A stretch of DNA of 63,415 bases, filler included, from Stramenopiles sp. TOSAG23-6 (taxonomy: Eukaryota): assembly GCA_900128565.1 (NCBI GenBank). It is 11 parts of 11 records of this genome, joined end to end, with 100 filler letters (N's around TTAATTAATTAA, not from the genome) between each part and the next. Parts side by side here need not be neighbours in the genome. Positions count along the whole stretch, not along the records: positions 11,001 to 21,853 come from LT636289.1; positions 21,954 to 32,790 come from LT636290.1; 9 more parts are not named here. One strand, 5' to 3'. Within the stretch, counting starts at the first letter, position 1, and each line of letters opens with the position of its first letter. Below, in pieces: positions 11,059 through 24,021 of the stretch. Under the pieces are notes generated by a model. That model worked only from the letters and a program-made list of their open reading frames with translations. It was not told the origin of the DNA and ran no database searches. The position numbers were made by a program, and so were the translations under genes.

Positions 11059-13681
11059 ATCATGTATACCATCAACAATATTATCAATTGCTTTATACCC
11101 TTGAATCAATTCGGTAATTGCAGAAGTCCATATTTCATTATATATTCCTCTATCTTTCTGGCCATAATTCTTTCTTTTCCTTGACTTTCCCTTATTCTGA
11201 TGATTTTTCATTGACATTTGCGACACAAATTTATTCAAAACATAACCACAAGAAACGTTTTCTTTAATAGTATTTGTTTTTGTTAAGGGCGTACATTTCA
11301 AATTATGAATAGGATGCATCCATGTATTTTGGAAAAATATTTCAAAAAACAATTCGTTAGGTACAAAATGTTTTGAAAAAAATAAATTAGAAATTGAAAA
11401 GAAATAAAACATACATAAACCTAATAACCGACCAGAAATTGTTTCCGATTTTAACAAAATAGAATATTTTGAGTTTTCTACAATTTTATCACAAAACTCT
11501 CCAAGGTTTGGAACATGGCAGAGATTACTTATAGATAAGATACGCATACAACGTTCTTGGAGACGTATTAAAGCAGACAAAATTGAGTCATTGCAATATA
11601 TACCACCTCGATGATGTCTAAATGATTGATGGAGATCTTTTGCTGTTGTCCCAATTTGTTGTACGATCTTGGGCGATTCAAAAGGAACTCTTTTCGATAA
11701 AATTTCTAAAAGTTTGAGCCGCAGGTTCAAAGTTGTTTGATTTTGAATATTTTTATTCTTTTCACTGATTTCAGGACAGGTAATTGAACTTGGTCTGAAT
11801 GATGATGTAAGTGTACCTCGAAGCCAATGACTATAATCAAAACGAATATGTGAACTATGTATTCGTCGACTACTATCTCTATTAATACTTTTTTTATGTG
11901 TACGTTTTTTTCTACTTTTAACAGGAATCTCATTCGAATCATAAATATAGTTGGCTGCTGTAGATGCAAATTGAAGAACACACCCAAGAAAGCTAGAATC
12001 CGTTGTATCAATATACATCTGTGTAATTTGTTGTAGAATACTATCAATAGAAATATTGGCACGTGTCATTATATATAAAATATCATCAATAGAAATTTTC
12101 CTGATATCTAATTGAAGTTTTGTATCGGATTTGACTAGGTTATATTTCAACAGATCAATTAATGCATGTGACAGTACATCAGTAATACTTGCACGAGGAA
12201 GAATACGAATCATTTCTTCAACTGAGCGACAAATTTCTAATGAATTCACAGCATTACGTTTCACGCGAATATTTACATCCGTACCAAATTTTCTACATGA
12301 ATGTTTTGAATTGTCCCGGCTAGAAGACATTGAAGATTTTGCATTGTCCCGGCTAGAAGACATCGAAGATGATTTTGCATTGTCCCGGCTAGAAGACATC
12401 GAAGATGATAGAACAAATTTCATAACTGACAATACACACTCTAACAGTACGAGAAAATTATAATCCTTGGTATTATTTTCAGGTTTCCAATCTGGAGGAA
12501 AACGTATTGTAAAAAAATATTAAAAAAANTGTTTGTTAGGTACAAAATTTCGTTCGAAAAAATAAATACATTCGAAATTGAAATGAAAATGTACAAGAGT
12601 CAGAAATGCTCGAGATACCGCTAGAGGATTTAAATATGCAGCGTTTTCTATTATTTGCTTCAACATTTTAGTTGAGTCGTTTGGCATATAAAATTTCTCA
12701 TACGAATTATTCGGAAGTGTTTTTAAAATAGTTGTGAAAGTAGAGTATTTCATACGAAAAAATGATTCATTGGCATTCAAAATGCTTTTGATAGCACAAC
12801 AAATATTTTTCGGCGTTGTACCATTTACATACAAATTATTATTGATAATTGTTTGAATATAAGCCATCAACAATTGATATGAATTTGATACAAGAGTACT
12901 CAATGAAGTCTTAAAGATTTCATTATATAACAGAGAATTCTTCAATATTTTAAAATTAAATGGAGCGTCATTTTTTCTATTTTTTCTATAAATGCTATTT
13001 GATGAACATTCCATCGTTTTACCGATATTTTTTCTATAAATGCTATTTGATGAACATTCCATCGTTTTACCCATATTATNATTGCCAGTAAACGAAGATT
13101 TTGCGACTTCAGAAACCAAATAATTACATACTATTTGCATTTTTTTCTCAAAATATACATCTTGATTTAGCTTTGTTGTTGACGAATTGATTGTAGCAGT
13201 ACATAAAAATCTGAGATAATTTGCCTTTGCAATACACGAAATCTGAATGTCTTTCNCAAAACATTGAACAATATAAAGAAGAGAAAGATGCGTAGGAGAT
13301 GCTGAACTATTATATCTTGTACGTATAGAAGTGACAGGCCTTGAATGTATCATTTCACAAATGAAGTCATTCATGTTTTTTTAAAAAATATTTCAAAAAA
13401 AAATTTTAAAAAATTTGTTAGGTACAAAATTTCGTATGAAAAAATAATTTCGAAATTCAAATGAAAACGTACATATTTACTTTTTTATCATTTTGATTGT
13501 TTTGATTGTTTTGATTATAATCATACCATTTTTGGAATATCGCGGTTGCAGATTTCACCTCATCTATAGGAATTTTACTTATATCATTGTTTAGAATATT
13601 TTCTACGGAAACTTCGTCGGGGTCTACTTCAAATACTGCTTCCTCAAGATTCTCTGATGTTGAAAATTCAAAATGCAAAGC
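11059..13681 (-). CDS. Uncharacterized multi-exon protein, partial
   Basis: ORFs 13457-13678, 12520-13374 and 10945-12432 join in frame after removing 13373-13472, 12502-12594 and 11322-11414. Confidence 0.6.
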
Positions 13682-13776
13682 AAATTTTTTCTGAAAAATA
13701 TTTCAAATTTTTTTTCGTTAGGTACAAATTNTCGTACGAAAAATAAATTCGAAATTGAAAAAAAAATAAAACGTAC

Positions 13777-15409
13777 ATTATTAGGAGGTATGTGAAATTC
13801 AGTTTCAGTTGTTAATTCACCTTCTACTGTAACTGTTGAAGCACCATCACTACCATTTGCGGTAGATTTTGCTGGTGTGGGAGGAAAAAGATGATCATAA
13901 AATTGTCCACCTTCATGTATTTAAGAAAATATTTCAAAAAAAAATCGTTAGGTACAAAATTGCGTACGAAAAAAAAATCGAATTTCAAAAAAAATAAAAA
14001 CATACATCGTAGTTGAGTATAAATACTGTTTTTGAATACACATGTGCATTATCTGGATCACCCAAAACAGCTAAAATTCTGGCACTTAAATCTTCACCAT
14101 CTTGAGGGTGATTTGAAGCATGTTCACTAAGAGCTGTTGGACCAACAATCCAACTTACTTGTGGTAATTGATCAGAGGCTACATCATTTGCAAATTGATC
14201 TACAACATTGTTACTTTTATACATACCCTTATCCCACAAAGGATCTCCAGGTTTTACATTTTTAAATTTTCCAAACCATGCAAAAGCATTATCATCAAAA
14301 TTATCTTTTTCTTGGTAGACTTTCCATGAAATTCCATTTTTTTCTAGTGTCTCCGCCATTGTTTCCCATCGCATTTCGTTTGAATATTGTTCAGAATCAT
14401 CCAAAAGACATAAATTTGAATCTTTTGCTGAGAGTCCATTAGAACCTGTAAAAAGGTGTTGCCTGTTGGGATTTGTTGCAGTAAAAGTAGATTGAAAGTA
14501 TTGATCACTGAGAGTAAATTCATCAGCAAGTGAATAATAAAATGGCAAATCTGTTCTATTAAAATAAGCCATACCATAACCAGGCTTCCTTGCAGTATTC
14601 CATGCATCAGCCCAACCATTATTCCATATGTTAATATTAGATTCATAGGCCATCTCTGGTGCTGGCATACAAGTTGCTGCTGTGTCTCTGAAGTGTAAAG
14701 GAAAAGGAAGCATATATTGTGCATCACATTTTACACCAGGCTTCCAACAAAACGTATCAACACCAGAGCAATCTCCAGAAGCATCATCACAACATACCAT
14801 ATCGTTACCATCACTCCTATTACACACTTGATCCTTCACGGAACAGTGCCAACCAGCACAAGTGTTTACACGGGATGGTTCCGGGGCGAACAAGTCATCT
14901 GGTAGTTGGGGAATTTTGACACGTAGGTCAGAGGGGCAAATTGGAGCTTCAGTCAAAGAATCGCGTACATTCAAGTGCTCAATAGTCGTAGTATATAAAT
15001 CATTCATGAATTCTGTACATGTTTCATTCCTTGCAACGTGTATGGGAGGAGACGCGCTTTTCAGTACGTCTAAAAACTCAGAACAAGTTGAACCATCAAC
15101 AATTTCACGAATATCAGAAGCACCATCTTTCCACTTCATACTACATGCGCTACATCCACATCGCGAGGAAGAAGTTGGTGGTGAAGGCTGGGGTACAGGC
15201 TGATAGAACGGAGATAATCCTGAAGGTAGTATGGGAGCAGTTCTATCGTTAAATCCTCGCACCCCTTTGAGTGACCCATAGTAGTGGTCAAACGAGCGGT
15301 TCTCTTGCATAAAAATCACAATGTGTTCAACATCACGGATTGTACCAGTAGGCTTACTTTCTGCAACCAAGATGGATATGAAATAAATCAATGTACTTAC
15401 TCTCATCAT
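13777..15409 (-). CDS. Secreted phosphocholine-specific phospholipase C (phosphoesterase family, PlcH/PlcN type), C-terminus missing
   Basis: Signal peptide, DVEHIVIFMQENRSFDHYYG, TNPNR, LPQVSWIV, NYD|EGGQFYDH across intron 13915-14005. Confidence 0.9.
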
Positions 15410-15656
15410 CCTTTAGCTTTTTGCAAAGTAACCAGTTAGAAATTCAGAATAGAATAATAGAAGCTACGTACTGTTATATTTTTGTGGTGGGGAGAGGAAA
15501 GGAGACACGACAAACAAAGAAAATTCTGCAAAAAACAACCCGTTGGAAAACCGAAAAGAGGAGCGAGCATTTGATTTTGAAATTGATTTTCCAGCCAGGA
15601 TATTTTTCATGCTCCCAGAGAATAGATATAAGTACTGCTACTCTTATAAATTGATT

Positions 15657-16340
15657 ATGAAAGGAATCATTATCAGTTTACTATTGATAAATTTGCAATC
15701 GTCTAAAATTCATGGACTCAGCGTATTAAGCAACGTTAAAGGGGATGAAAAGAAAAGAGATGCCAAGAAAGATACTAAAAATGGAAAAAACAAATATGCA
15801 GAGTTCCTAGAATCCAGCAACGAGTCAGATGAAGACGATGAAATGTATGAAAAAAGTATTGGAAAAAAGAAGGAAGTCACAGCTTCTCCTTTAAACAATG
15901 AGGAAAATACAAATGGTTCAATAATGTCACGAAAAATCAAACAAGCTCTCGAAAGTATATTACGCTCAACAAATGCAACGAAAGAAGATCAAGAGCAATT
16001 ACACCGAAAATCAAAAAAATTACAAGAAACAATGGATAGCTTATTAAGATCCGAACCTCAAAATAATGAAAATGCACACCACGTGCTAAAGTTGGCATTT
16101 GTTGATGGCAATAGAAATTTATCGCCTGGAATTAGTTTCTATCGTCGACCTCTCATTCTTCACCATGAAGCAGGTGATGAGACAGATACTGTAAATCGCC
16201 ACACAAAGACAATCATAATAATTGTTGTTTTGTTCATAACAGCTTTTTTCCTCTTTGTAGTCTTTAAAAGTTCTATTTGTGCAAATTATTCTCGCAAAAG
16301 AGAAAGAAGCATTAACAGTAAAGAATACCATGATTTGTGA
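15657..16340 (+). CDS. Predicted single-pass membrane protein with signal peptide
   Basis: MKGIIISLLLINL N-terminus and C-terminal helix TIIIIVVLFITAFFLFVVF. Confidence 0.55.
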   Translation: MKGIIISLLLINLQSSKIHGLSVLSNVKGDEKKRDAKKDTKNGKNKYAEFLESSNESDEDDEMYEKSIGKKKEVTASPLNNEENTNGSIMSRKIKQALESILRSTNATKEDQEQLHRKSKKLQETMDSLLRSEPQNNENAHHVLKLAFVDGNRNLSPGISFYRRPLILHHEAGDETDTVNRHTKTIIIIVVLFITAFFLFVVFKSSICANYSRKRERSINSKEYHDL

Positions 16341-16422
16341 CAAGGGGGTTTTAAATTTAAAATATATATATATTTGTACGAAATTTTGTACCTAACGAAA
16401 TTTATATAAAAACAGAAAAAAA

Positions 16423-19400
16423 TTATTTTTTAAAATAAATTCCTCTCTCTATTGCTGCTAGTCTACCTGCTCTTTCTGCAGCAGCCAATATATCAGCCAA
16501 TTTATCTCCTGCCCCAAACACCACAGGCGGACAATTTTTACTACTGTTTTCTATAATTCCCATTTTTTTTGAACTATATTTTACATTACTTTTATCATCT
16601 GATTTCTTGGAAGGTTCAAAAGAAGATTCCAATTCTGACATGCTTTGTGTACTTTCTTCAAATTCATCGCTATCACTAGCATAAATGTCATCAACACTCG
16701 TACGTAATTTGCAGTTAACATCGACAGTATTAAGAATGCTATTATGTTTGTTAGTTGTATTCTCACATGTTGTTTTTGTGTTGTATGCGTTTGAGAACAC
16801 CTTACTACTTGTATATTTTTTGGAAAATTCTTTTCGTCTATATTTGGGGATCACGGTTGCAGCGTATTTTTGAGACCAGTTTTTTGCATAATACTTTGTA
16901 TTATATGGATTCAGTTTTTCTGTATATTGTTCTGCATCATTATTACTACATTTACTATCATGTTTCGTAAAACTATTTGTTGAATCAGCACATTCAATAC
17001 CTTTCATTTGCTTACTTTTTTCTTTAATTGAAATTCTAGCATGGGTGTCACTTTGCCTCAAAGATTTTTTGCTTTCTTTTTGATTTAAATTCCTATACTT
17101 TGAAGTGTAATTGTGATTCTTTCTTTGCAATTTTCTAGAAGATTTTTTACCTGTTGTAAGGATTGCAGCTGGCGCCGCAGCAAAAATATAGTTTTTCGTA
17201 GATTTTGATACACTTGAAGTGATTTCTTTACTAGAAGTATGCTTATTTTTTTGTTTAGGTGTTAGTCTGAAACCAACGAGACCTAAGCCAAGACTAAATT
17301 CTCTTTCTTGTTTTTCTCGAAGTGAAACAAATGGTTTCCTATTATTAACATTTTCAGGATGATGGGCTGATTTATCCAGATTCGGTTTTCTATGTAATCC
17401 TTTATTCTTTTCGTGGTTATTCCTACGAGAATTTTGAGAATGTCTGTAGAGAACAGGGTTACATCGCATGAAAGTTCTGGAAGATACACGAAGTGTGTCT
17501 GAGAGCTTCATACTTAATCCTCGGGCAGATTTTGGTCTATTATATAAATGCCTTTGTGCAGACCTCTTTATGTGTCCTGATTTTGCACGTCTCTTTATTT
17601 TATTTTTCACAGTTTTTACATTTTTCACGTTTTTTATGTTTTGTATGTTTTTTATGGTAGACACACAAGAAAAATTGTCTGAATAACCGCTTCCTTTTTG
17701 GTGTATACCAATTTCAGCAACTAAATCATCATTTTTTATTTCATCTTTAAGTATATTTAATGTCTCTATATTTGATGATATTGTTCGTTCATCGTTACAT
17801 TTATTTGTTGAATCTTCTGAAAGTTCCGAACATGGCAAAGGAAAATTCGAATCCACTATATCCTGTACCAAATTAGTACATAGTTCATTTGAGGAGGATT
17901 GATTAACTACTATTGATTCTTCTTGCATACAAAACTTGATTTGTTTTGCTTCGGCAATCAATAACTTTTTCCACATGGTCAATGTAAGGTCATTAACGCC
18001 ATCATCAAATCGAAATTTTGTGTACTTATCCGAATCTTTTAATGAATTTTGTGTATTTTGTGTACAATGAAAGATATTGATTTTACCAGGGACTAATGTT
18101 TCTACATCGGAATTTTTGTCATGCATATCTTCCATACTTGAGTGTTGAAGGCATTCATTGGCAGACATTCTATTCTGTGGATTAAATGCTAACAAATTTT
18201 TTATAAGTTCTAACAATGTTGAAGTTAGAGTTGGACTTTTCCTTGTACATAAAAACTCTTCTAAAGTTGTTCTTTCTAAATTATTGTCAAGATTTATGCT
18301 ATATTCTTCCGTCTTGGTCTCTTTTTCATTAACTATTTCATGTTGTTTTTCATAATCTTCATCAAATTTTTCTACCTGAATACTTCTATCATTTGAACAA
18401 GTACCAAACTTCGTACTTAACGAATTTTGTACTTGCTGGGTTTCGGTCACAGTAGTCTTATTTTCAAGAAGAAACTTGATGGCAGCTCTATTCGTTATAG
18501 CATCCAAATCTGATTCACATGGATACCCAATCATATTAAAAATAGTTTGCAATTGATGAATGTAACTTTTTCCAGGGAATAGAGCAGTTCGAGCAATCAT
18601 TTCCCCAATAATACAGCCAGTCGCCCACATATCAATAGAATTCGTATAGTTCCTACAATTTAGTAATAATTCTGGTGCTCTGTACCAACGTGTAACGACG
18701 TACTCCGTCAAATCACCCGCTGATCGATGCTGTTCTGTTATGTCCCGAGACATACCAAAGTCACAAAGTTTTAACTCACAATTTGCATTCAGTAATATAT
18801 TGGATGGTTTCAAATCATGTATTGTGAAGTAATATATTACATTCGAAATTCATTAGGNACGGAATTTTCATAGTAAAAAAAATAAATTTGAAATCGTAAA
18901 GTAAATGTACACGATGTGTTACACTCGCTAGATGAATATGCTTCAGTGCACATAATAACTGATAAGTGATAAATATTATATGAAGTTCGCTTAATACAGT
19001 AGTTGACTGAATAACTCTATCTAAATCAGTTTCCATTAGGTCCGTGACTATATACATACTTGAGAGGTGTCCAGATTGACAACTAAATTTTTCAGGTCGT
19101 GAACTATCGCTATTTTCTAGGGAATCGATGGATTCATCCGAAGTATCTGCGTCATCAAAAATCTTTCCAGCACCGTGTATAATGATATCAAGTATACCAA
19201 GAATATTAGGGTGACAGAAATGTTCTAATAAACGGATTTCTCGTAGAGCTCGCCTAGCTTGCTCAGCAGTGTCACACACTACTCTTTTACAGGCGACATT
19301 GTGTTGAAAAAATGGATGTGAGGCTGCCCAAACGACACCGAACCGACCACTTCCGATCACATTCTTTGGAATGTATCCATGTCGCAGAAGAGTTCGTCTC

Positions 19401-19441
19401 ATACCTCTCTTTGAAGGTATATCTTCCTCTGAAGATTCCAT
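16423..19441 (-). CDS. MAP kinase (TEY type) with long C-terminal extension, 2 exons, about 974 aa
   Basis: IGSGRFGVV, HR|DLKPSNILL, CDFGMSR, LTEYVVTRWYRAPE. Confidence 0.9.
18817..18910 (-). other. Non-canonical GT-AT intron splitting the kinase HRD motif
   Basis: CAT CGT|GTACATTT...CACAATACAT|GAT TTG AAA; no AG near the 3' junction. Confidence 0.9.
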
Positions 19442-19609
19442 TTTTTTGTAAAATTGTAGAGACTTTGTAGAAGTGTATAAGACACAGTATAAGTACTGTG
19501 CCTCAAAACTAGCAGTTACTAGAACACGAAATCCGGCCGAAAACTCAAAAATAAAATATTCATCATTTGCTTGAAAAAAATTTAATTTCATTTATTTTTC
19601 TTTTCTCAA

Positions 19610-20843
19610 CTAGAACAATACACTCTTTATCCAACGCCGAAAAGTTCCAATATAAATACATATTTCTGTATTATAGTCTGAATTACTATTCTCATTCGGT
19701 TTATAATATACACCCCAATATATTTTAACTTTCTTTTTAGCTGTAAGTATTTTGGAAAAATATTTCAAAAAAAAAAACTTAAATTTGTTAGGTACAAAAT
19801 TTACTATAAAAAAAAAATAAATTCGAAATTGAAAAAAAAAACATACAAGCACTTTTTTACGACATTTTTCTATAATTGAATTTTCACTGTCTTTAACAAT
19901 ATTTACATTCCAACCATGAGCTTTAATAAATTCAAGCAAAGAAGGATTATTCTTTTCTAAAGGTGGAATGTATTTTGGAAAAATATTTCAAAAAATAATC
20001 GTTAGGTACAAAATTTCGTACAAAAAAAAATTCGATTTTTTTGTAAAAAAAAAATAAAAAATACATATAAATCCGTTTGAATTTCCGAGTCCACCAATTT
20101 TGACGTAATACAACCAAATTTGATGATTTCGTTTGAGTGTCACTTTCATCTTTTTTGGTATTAGAGTTAGGGTTAGATGTAAAAAATAATTTTGGTAAAG
20201 GCAGTAATAAGGCTTCTGGGACTTTTTTATTCCAAGTTGTGTCATACCTACTAAAATCATATGTAAACAATCTAGCTCGTATGAAATTTGGTGATATCTT
20301 TATATTTCGCTTTGTATCAAGTAAATCAAGAACATCTGAAGTGCCGTGGTGAATTTTATGTATCAAATGGAGAAGCCAGGGAGCACTTTGATGTATTTTG
20401 GAAAAATATTTTCAAAAAAAAATCGTTAGGTACACAATTTCGTAAGAAACAAAATTCGATTTTTTTGTTAAAAAAAAAAATAAAACATACATAATTGCTC
20501 AATGCGGCAAACCACATTTGCCAATCAAGACGAGGTTGATAAGGTGCAACCCACGGCGGAGATTGTGTGGGGTCACCAGGTTTGTACCTGAAATGTATTT
20601 CTTCCCATGTGTTCCCATCGTCACTCCATTCAAGAATAATTTCAGGTCTTTCTACATTTGACACGTGTCGACCATTTTCATCAAATGTATCCGGACCTAC
20701 TCCAGTCATTGAACGAAATAAACCATAAGAAGATGAAATTGATGCAGTATTGAGCTGTTGTGTTTTTAATTTTACAATATACGGTATAAATTGAAGTGTT
20801 TTTGGTGACAAGATTTGAATAAGAATAACAGATGAGCCAATAC
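19610..20843 (-). CDS. Lipase maturation factor family protein, C-terminal part
   Basis: [54 protein letters not shown]; three family introns. Confidence 0.88.
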
Positions 20844-20941
20844 ATGTATTTTGGAAAAATATTTCAAAAAAAACATCGTTAGGTACAAAATTTCGTACGA
20901 AAAAAAAATTCGATTTTTTTGTAAAAAAAAATAAAACATAC

Positions 20942-21535
20942 ATACCGATAAACACCGACTAAAAACAAACGATCTTCAGATGGAATAAATTGAAGCCTTA
21001 ATAATTTTGAACGTAGTGAAAGTCTCTTATGAATACTATTTGTATTGTTTGTATTGTTTGTATTATTTGTATTATTTGTATAGTTTGTATTATTTGTATT
21101 ATTTGTATTGTTTGTATTGTTTGTATCTTCAAAAATACATAATTTTCTTCTTTTGGATTGGGTTCCATTTGAAATTTTTGTATAACTTTTTAGTTTAAAG
21201 TTTTTGTGATTTATTATTTGATTACAAATTGAATCTTTTGTTGGTTGTAATTGATTATTCATTTGTATTATATTTTCAGTATTTTTATTTTCATCATTTT
21301 TATTTTCATCATTTTTATTTTCAGTATTTTCAGTATTTTCAGTATTTTCAGAATATTTAGAATATTTAGAATATTTTGGATTTTCTATATTTTTCATTTG
21401 ATTCATAAAAATCAAATTTTTATATTCATCTTCAAAACGAAACTGCTGAGGCGCAAACCTGGCATCCATGTATTGTGAAAAAATATTGTAGAAAAAAATT
21501 CGTTAGGTACAGAATTTCGTATGAAACCAAAAAAC

Positions 21536-21568
<33 letters not shown>

Positions 21569-21798
21569 AAATGTATCATGGAAACAAACATCCAACCTTT
21601 AGCATTGTCATTATTAGTACTATTTTGATTATTTTGATTATTATGTTGATTATTTTGATTATTTGAAGAAACTATAGAATTAAATACAGATAAAGTAGCG
21701 ACGCTTCTATTCGAAAGAATCTGGCCAAAGTGAGAAGAATTATCTACAGAACTTTGATATGATTTAAAATATGATTCAAAATAATCTGAACTATGTAC
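20942..21798 (-). CDS. Uncharacterized Asn-rich protein fragment
   Basis: Two open exons separated by element 21468-21577; NNT and ENT microsatellite-derived repeats. Confidence 0.45.
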
Positions 21799-21953
21799 AT
21801 GTATTTTGGAAAAATATTTCAAAATTTACTAAAAAAAAAATTTGTTAGGTACANNNNNNNNNNNNNNNNNNNNNNNNNNNNNNNNNNNNNNNNNNNNTTA
21901 ATTAATTAANNNNNNNNNNNNNNNNNNNNNNNNNNNNNNNNNNNNNNNNNNNN

Positions 21954-22443
21954 ATATTGAGTTATGCTAAAATGTTTACGTACAAATATCTGAGTTCAGG
22001 AAGTGCTGATGGTAATCCATTGAAGCTACTAATTTGATTTTGTTCGAGATACCTATATTTGTAGTGATATAAAAACATTGTCATATTGAGTTATTGAAAA
22101 TATTGAATATAACACATTGTTGACTATATTGAGTTATGCTTAAATTGTTACGTACAAACTATGCAGATTCGGAAGCTCAATTAATCCATGAAAGGATGTA
22201 ATTTGATTATCTGAGAAATTCCTATATTTGTTGTGATATGAAAAACATCGTAATATTGAGTCATTGAAATATATTGCATATGAAATTTTGTTGATGATAT
22301 TGAATTATGCTGAAATTTTACATACAACCTCTCCAGTAAAGGAAGTTTGGGTAATCCATGAATACTTGTAATTTGATTACTGGTGAGATACCTATATTTG
22401 TAGTGATATAAAAAATATTTAAAGATTAAGTTATTGAAAAATG
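21954..22443. repeat. Diverged ~170-bp tandem repeat, about 3 units
   Basis: ATATTGA(G/A)TTATGCT at 21954, 22126, 22297; CCTATATTTG at 22052, 22221, 22391. Confidence 0.8.
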
Positions 22444-22493
22444 TTAAATGTAAAATGTCTTATACGAATAGGCGAAATAATTGATACTGTAAC

Positions 22494-23798
22494 TTACAGT
22501 TCTGTTAAATGCAAAAGACCTGATAGAAGAGCAAGTTCGTTAAAATCTGAACTCGCAATATAAATCTCATCACTCGATATAGAATCTTCATCGCATAACG
22601 ATTGATAAAACACTGTTGACTCCATATGCGTAAAGTAAGGCTGTACTTGCGCAATAATTTTTTCCGACAAAGCAATCTCTCTTTTCAGGGTTGCACCCAT
22701 AGCAGTTACAAAGTTGTCAATTATGAGTAATGGTTCAAGATATTTTTTTAATGGACTAGGTTCTCCGGAGTTGGGTACATAAGGTTCGGCGTTAGCATTT
22801 TCTGAAAACATTTTTAGAATTAGTTTTATCGAAATGTCAGTGAACACATCGAAGTTTTGTAACTCATTTGAAGCACGAAACAGTTGTTTTGAGTCCAATT
22901 GCCACACGAGAAAGTTAAATAAGTCACCGGTTGGAAAGGCGTGCGCAAATGCAATAATTTGTGCTTGTTGCAAACTGTCAAAGTGCTGGAAGTCGCGTTT
23001 TATAGTGTTGACATCAACGGGAGTCAAATTTGTTGTATCACTTGCTTCTTGCAGAAAATTACACTTCTCATGATCATACAATTGAATCTCCCATGAAAAC
23101 GCAGTTTTAGCATACATCGTATTTTTAATAAGAGCGAGGGCAAGGTAAAAATATTCTTTATAAGACGGAGTTGTTTCTTCCTTAAAGCCAATATGTTCCA
23201 GTAAATTATTAGCACGTTTTGTATCATCTTCTGATATCAGTGTTTTTCTCTTGTCACAGTCATAACTGAGATATATTTTACGAATTAACATGGATTCAAT
23301 TACGTCAGTTGGTTCTTTAACTTCATTATATAAAAGAAACAGGTTTCTAGGAGTATAATCCATTTCGGCAATAACTTGTACAATTTCGTTGGTAGCCTCA
23401 TTCATTCCTAGAAAAATAGCAGCATTTAAAAGTTGTGGTAACCCTAAATCACCCCTCTTAATGACTTCGCGTGCGGCAGCACGGGAACCCGTGGCGGTAG
23501 GATTCTTTTCTTCATTTAGGTTTTGCTGAATTTCAAAAAAAAGAGTTTTAATTTGATCAGTTGATAAAGATAAAGGGATAATGGTTTCATAATCTTCAGT
23601 ATCTTCAATCATTTGGGTCATTGTTACACTCTTTACAGTTAAAGATTGAGGGACTTCGATGACTTCTTCACCCTCACTAGATCGAACCGTAACACAATGT
23701 TCCTTCTCAGTTCTTAGTCTTTTTAGAGGACGTGTTGCACCCATTCCACCCATTACATACAAAATAGATAGAATAATTAGTAACATAATCTTGACCAT
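22494..23798 (-). CDS. Skp1/BTB-like domain protein with N-terminal signal-like segment
   Basis: MVKIMLLIILSILYVMGG, then VTVRSSEGEEVIEV...KSVTMTQMIED...LLNAAIFLGM (Skp1-like). Confidence 0.55.
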   Translation of the reverse strand: MVKIMLLIILSILYVMGGMGATRPLKRLRTEKEHCVTVRSSEGEEVIEVPQSLTVKSVTMTQMIEDTEDYETIIPLSLSTDQIKTLFFEIQQNLNEEKNPTATGSRAAAREVIKRGDLGLPQLLNAAIFLGMNEATNEIVQVIAEMDYTPRNLFLLYNEVKEPTDVIESMLIRKIYLSYDCDKRKTLISEDDTKRANNLLEHIGFKEETTPSYKEYFYLALALIKNTMYAKTAFSWEIQLYDHEKCNFLQEASDTTNLTPVDVNTIKRDFQHFDSLQQAQIIAFAHAFPTGDLFNFLVWQLDSKQLFRASNELQNFDVFTDISIKLILKMFSENANAEPYVPNSGEPSPLKKYLEPLLIIDNFVTAMGATLKREIALSEKIIAQVQPYFTHMESTVFYQSLCDEDSISSDEIYIASSDFNELALLSGLLHLTEL

Positions 23799-24021
23799 GT
23801 TGTGAGATTTATTGTTGTACGGGTGTGTACCGTATAAAACTACTACTGCGATACCCATACCCATGAGCAATTGACCAGTAACTGAAGCTGACTCGATTTC
23901 CAGAATTTCGAATTTCGAATTTCTGTTTTCGAAAAAAACTCAAAAGGATGGCCCAAAGAATCTGATGGATTAAATTTTTGATTTTCTCTTCTTCTTTCTT
24001 TATAAACTTTATGATTGAAAG

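Noticed and set aside
18817-18910. Reading the elements as TA-bounded ciliate-type IESs or as uniform AT-AC introns
   Set aside because: TA-to-TA excision gives HRVHD and a -2 shift gives HHD instead of HRD; strict sense orientation and a branch-like motif favour RNA splicing.
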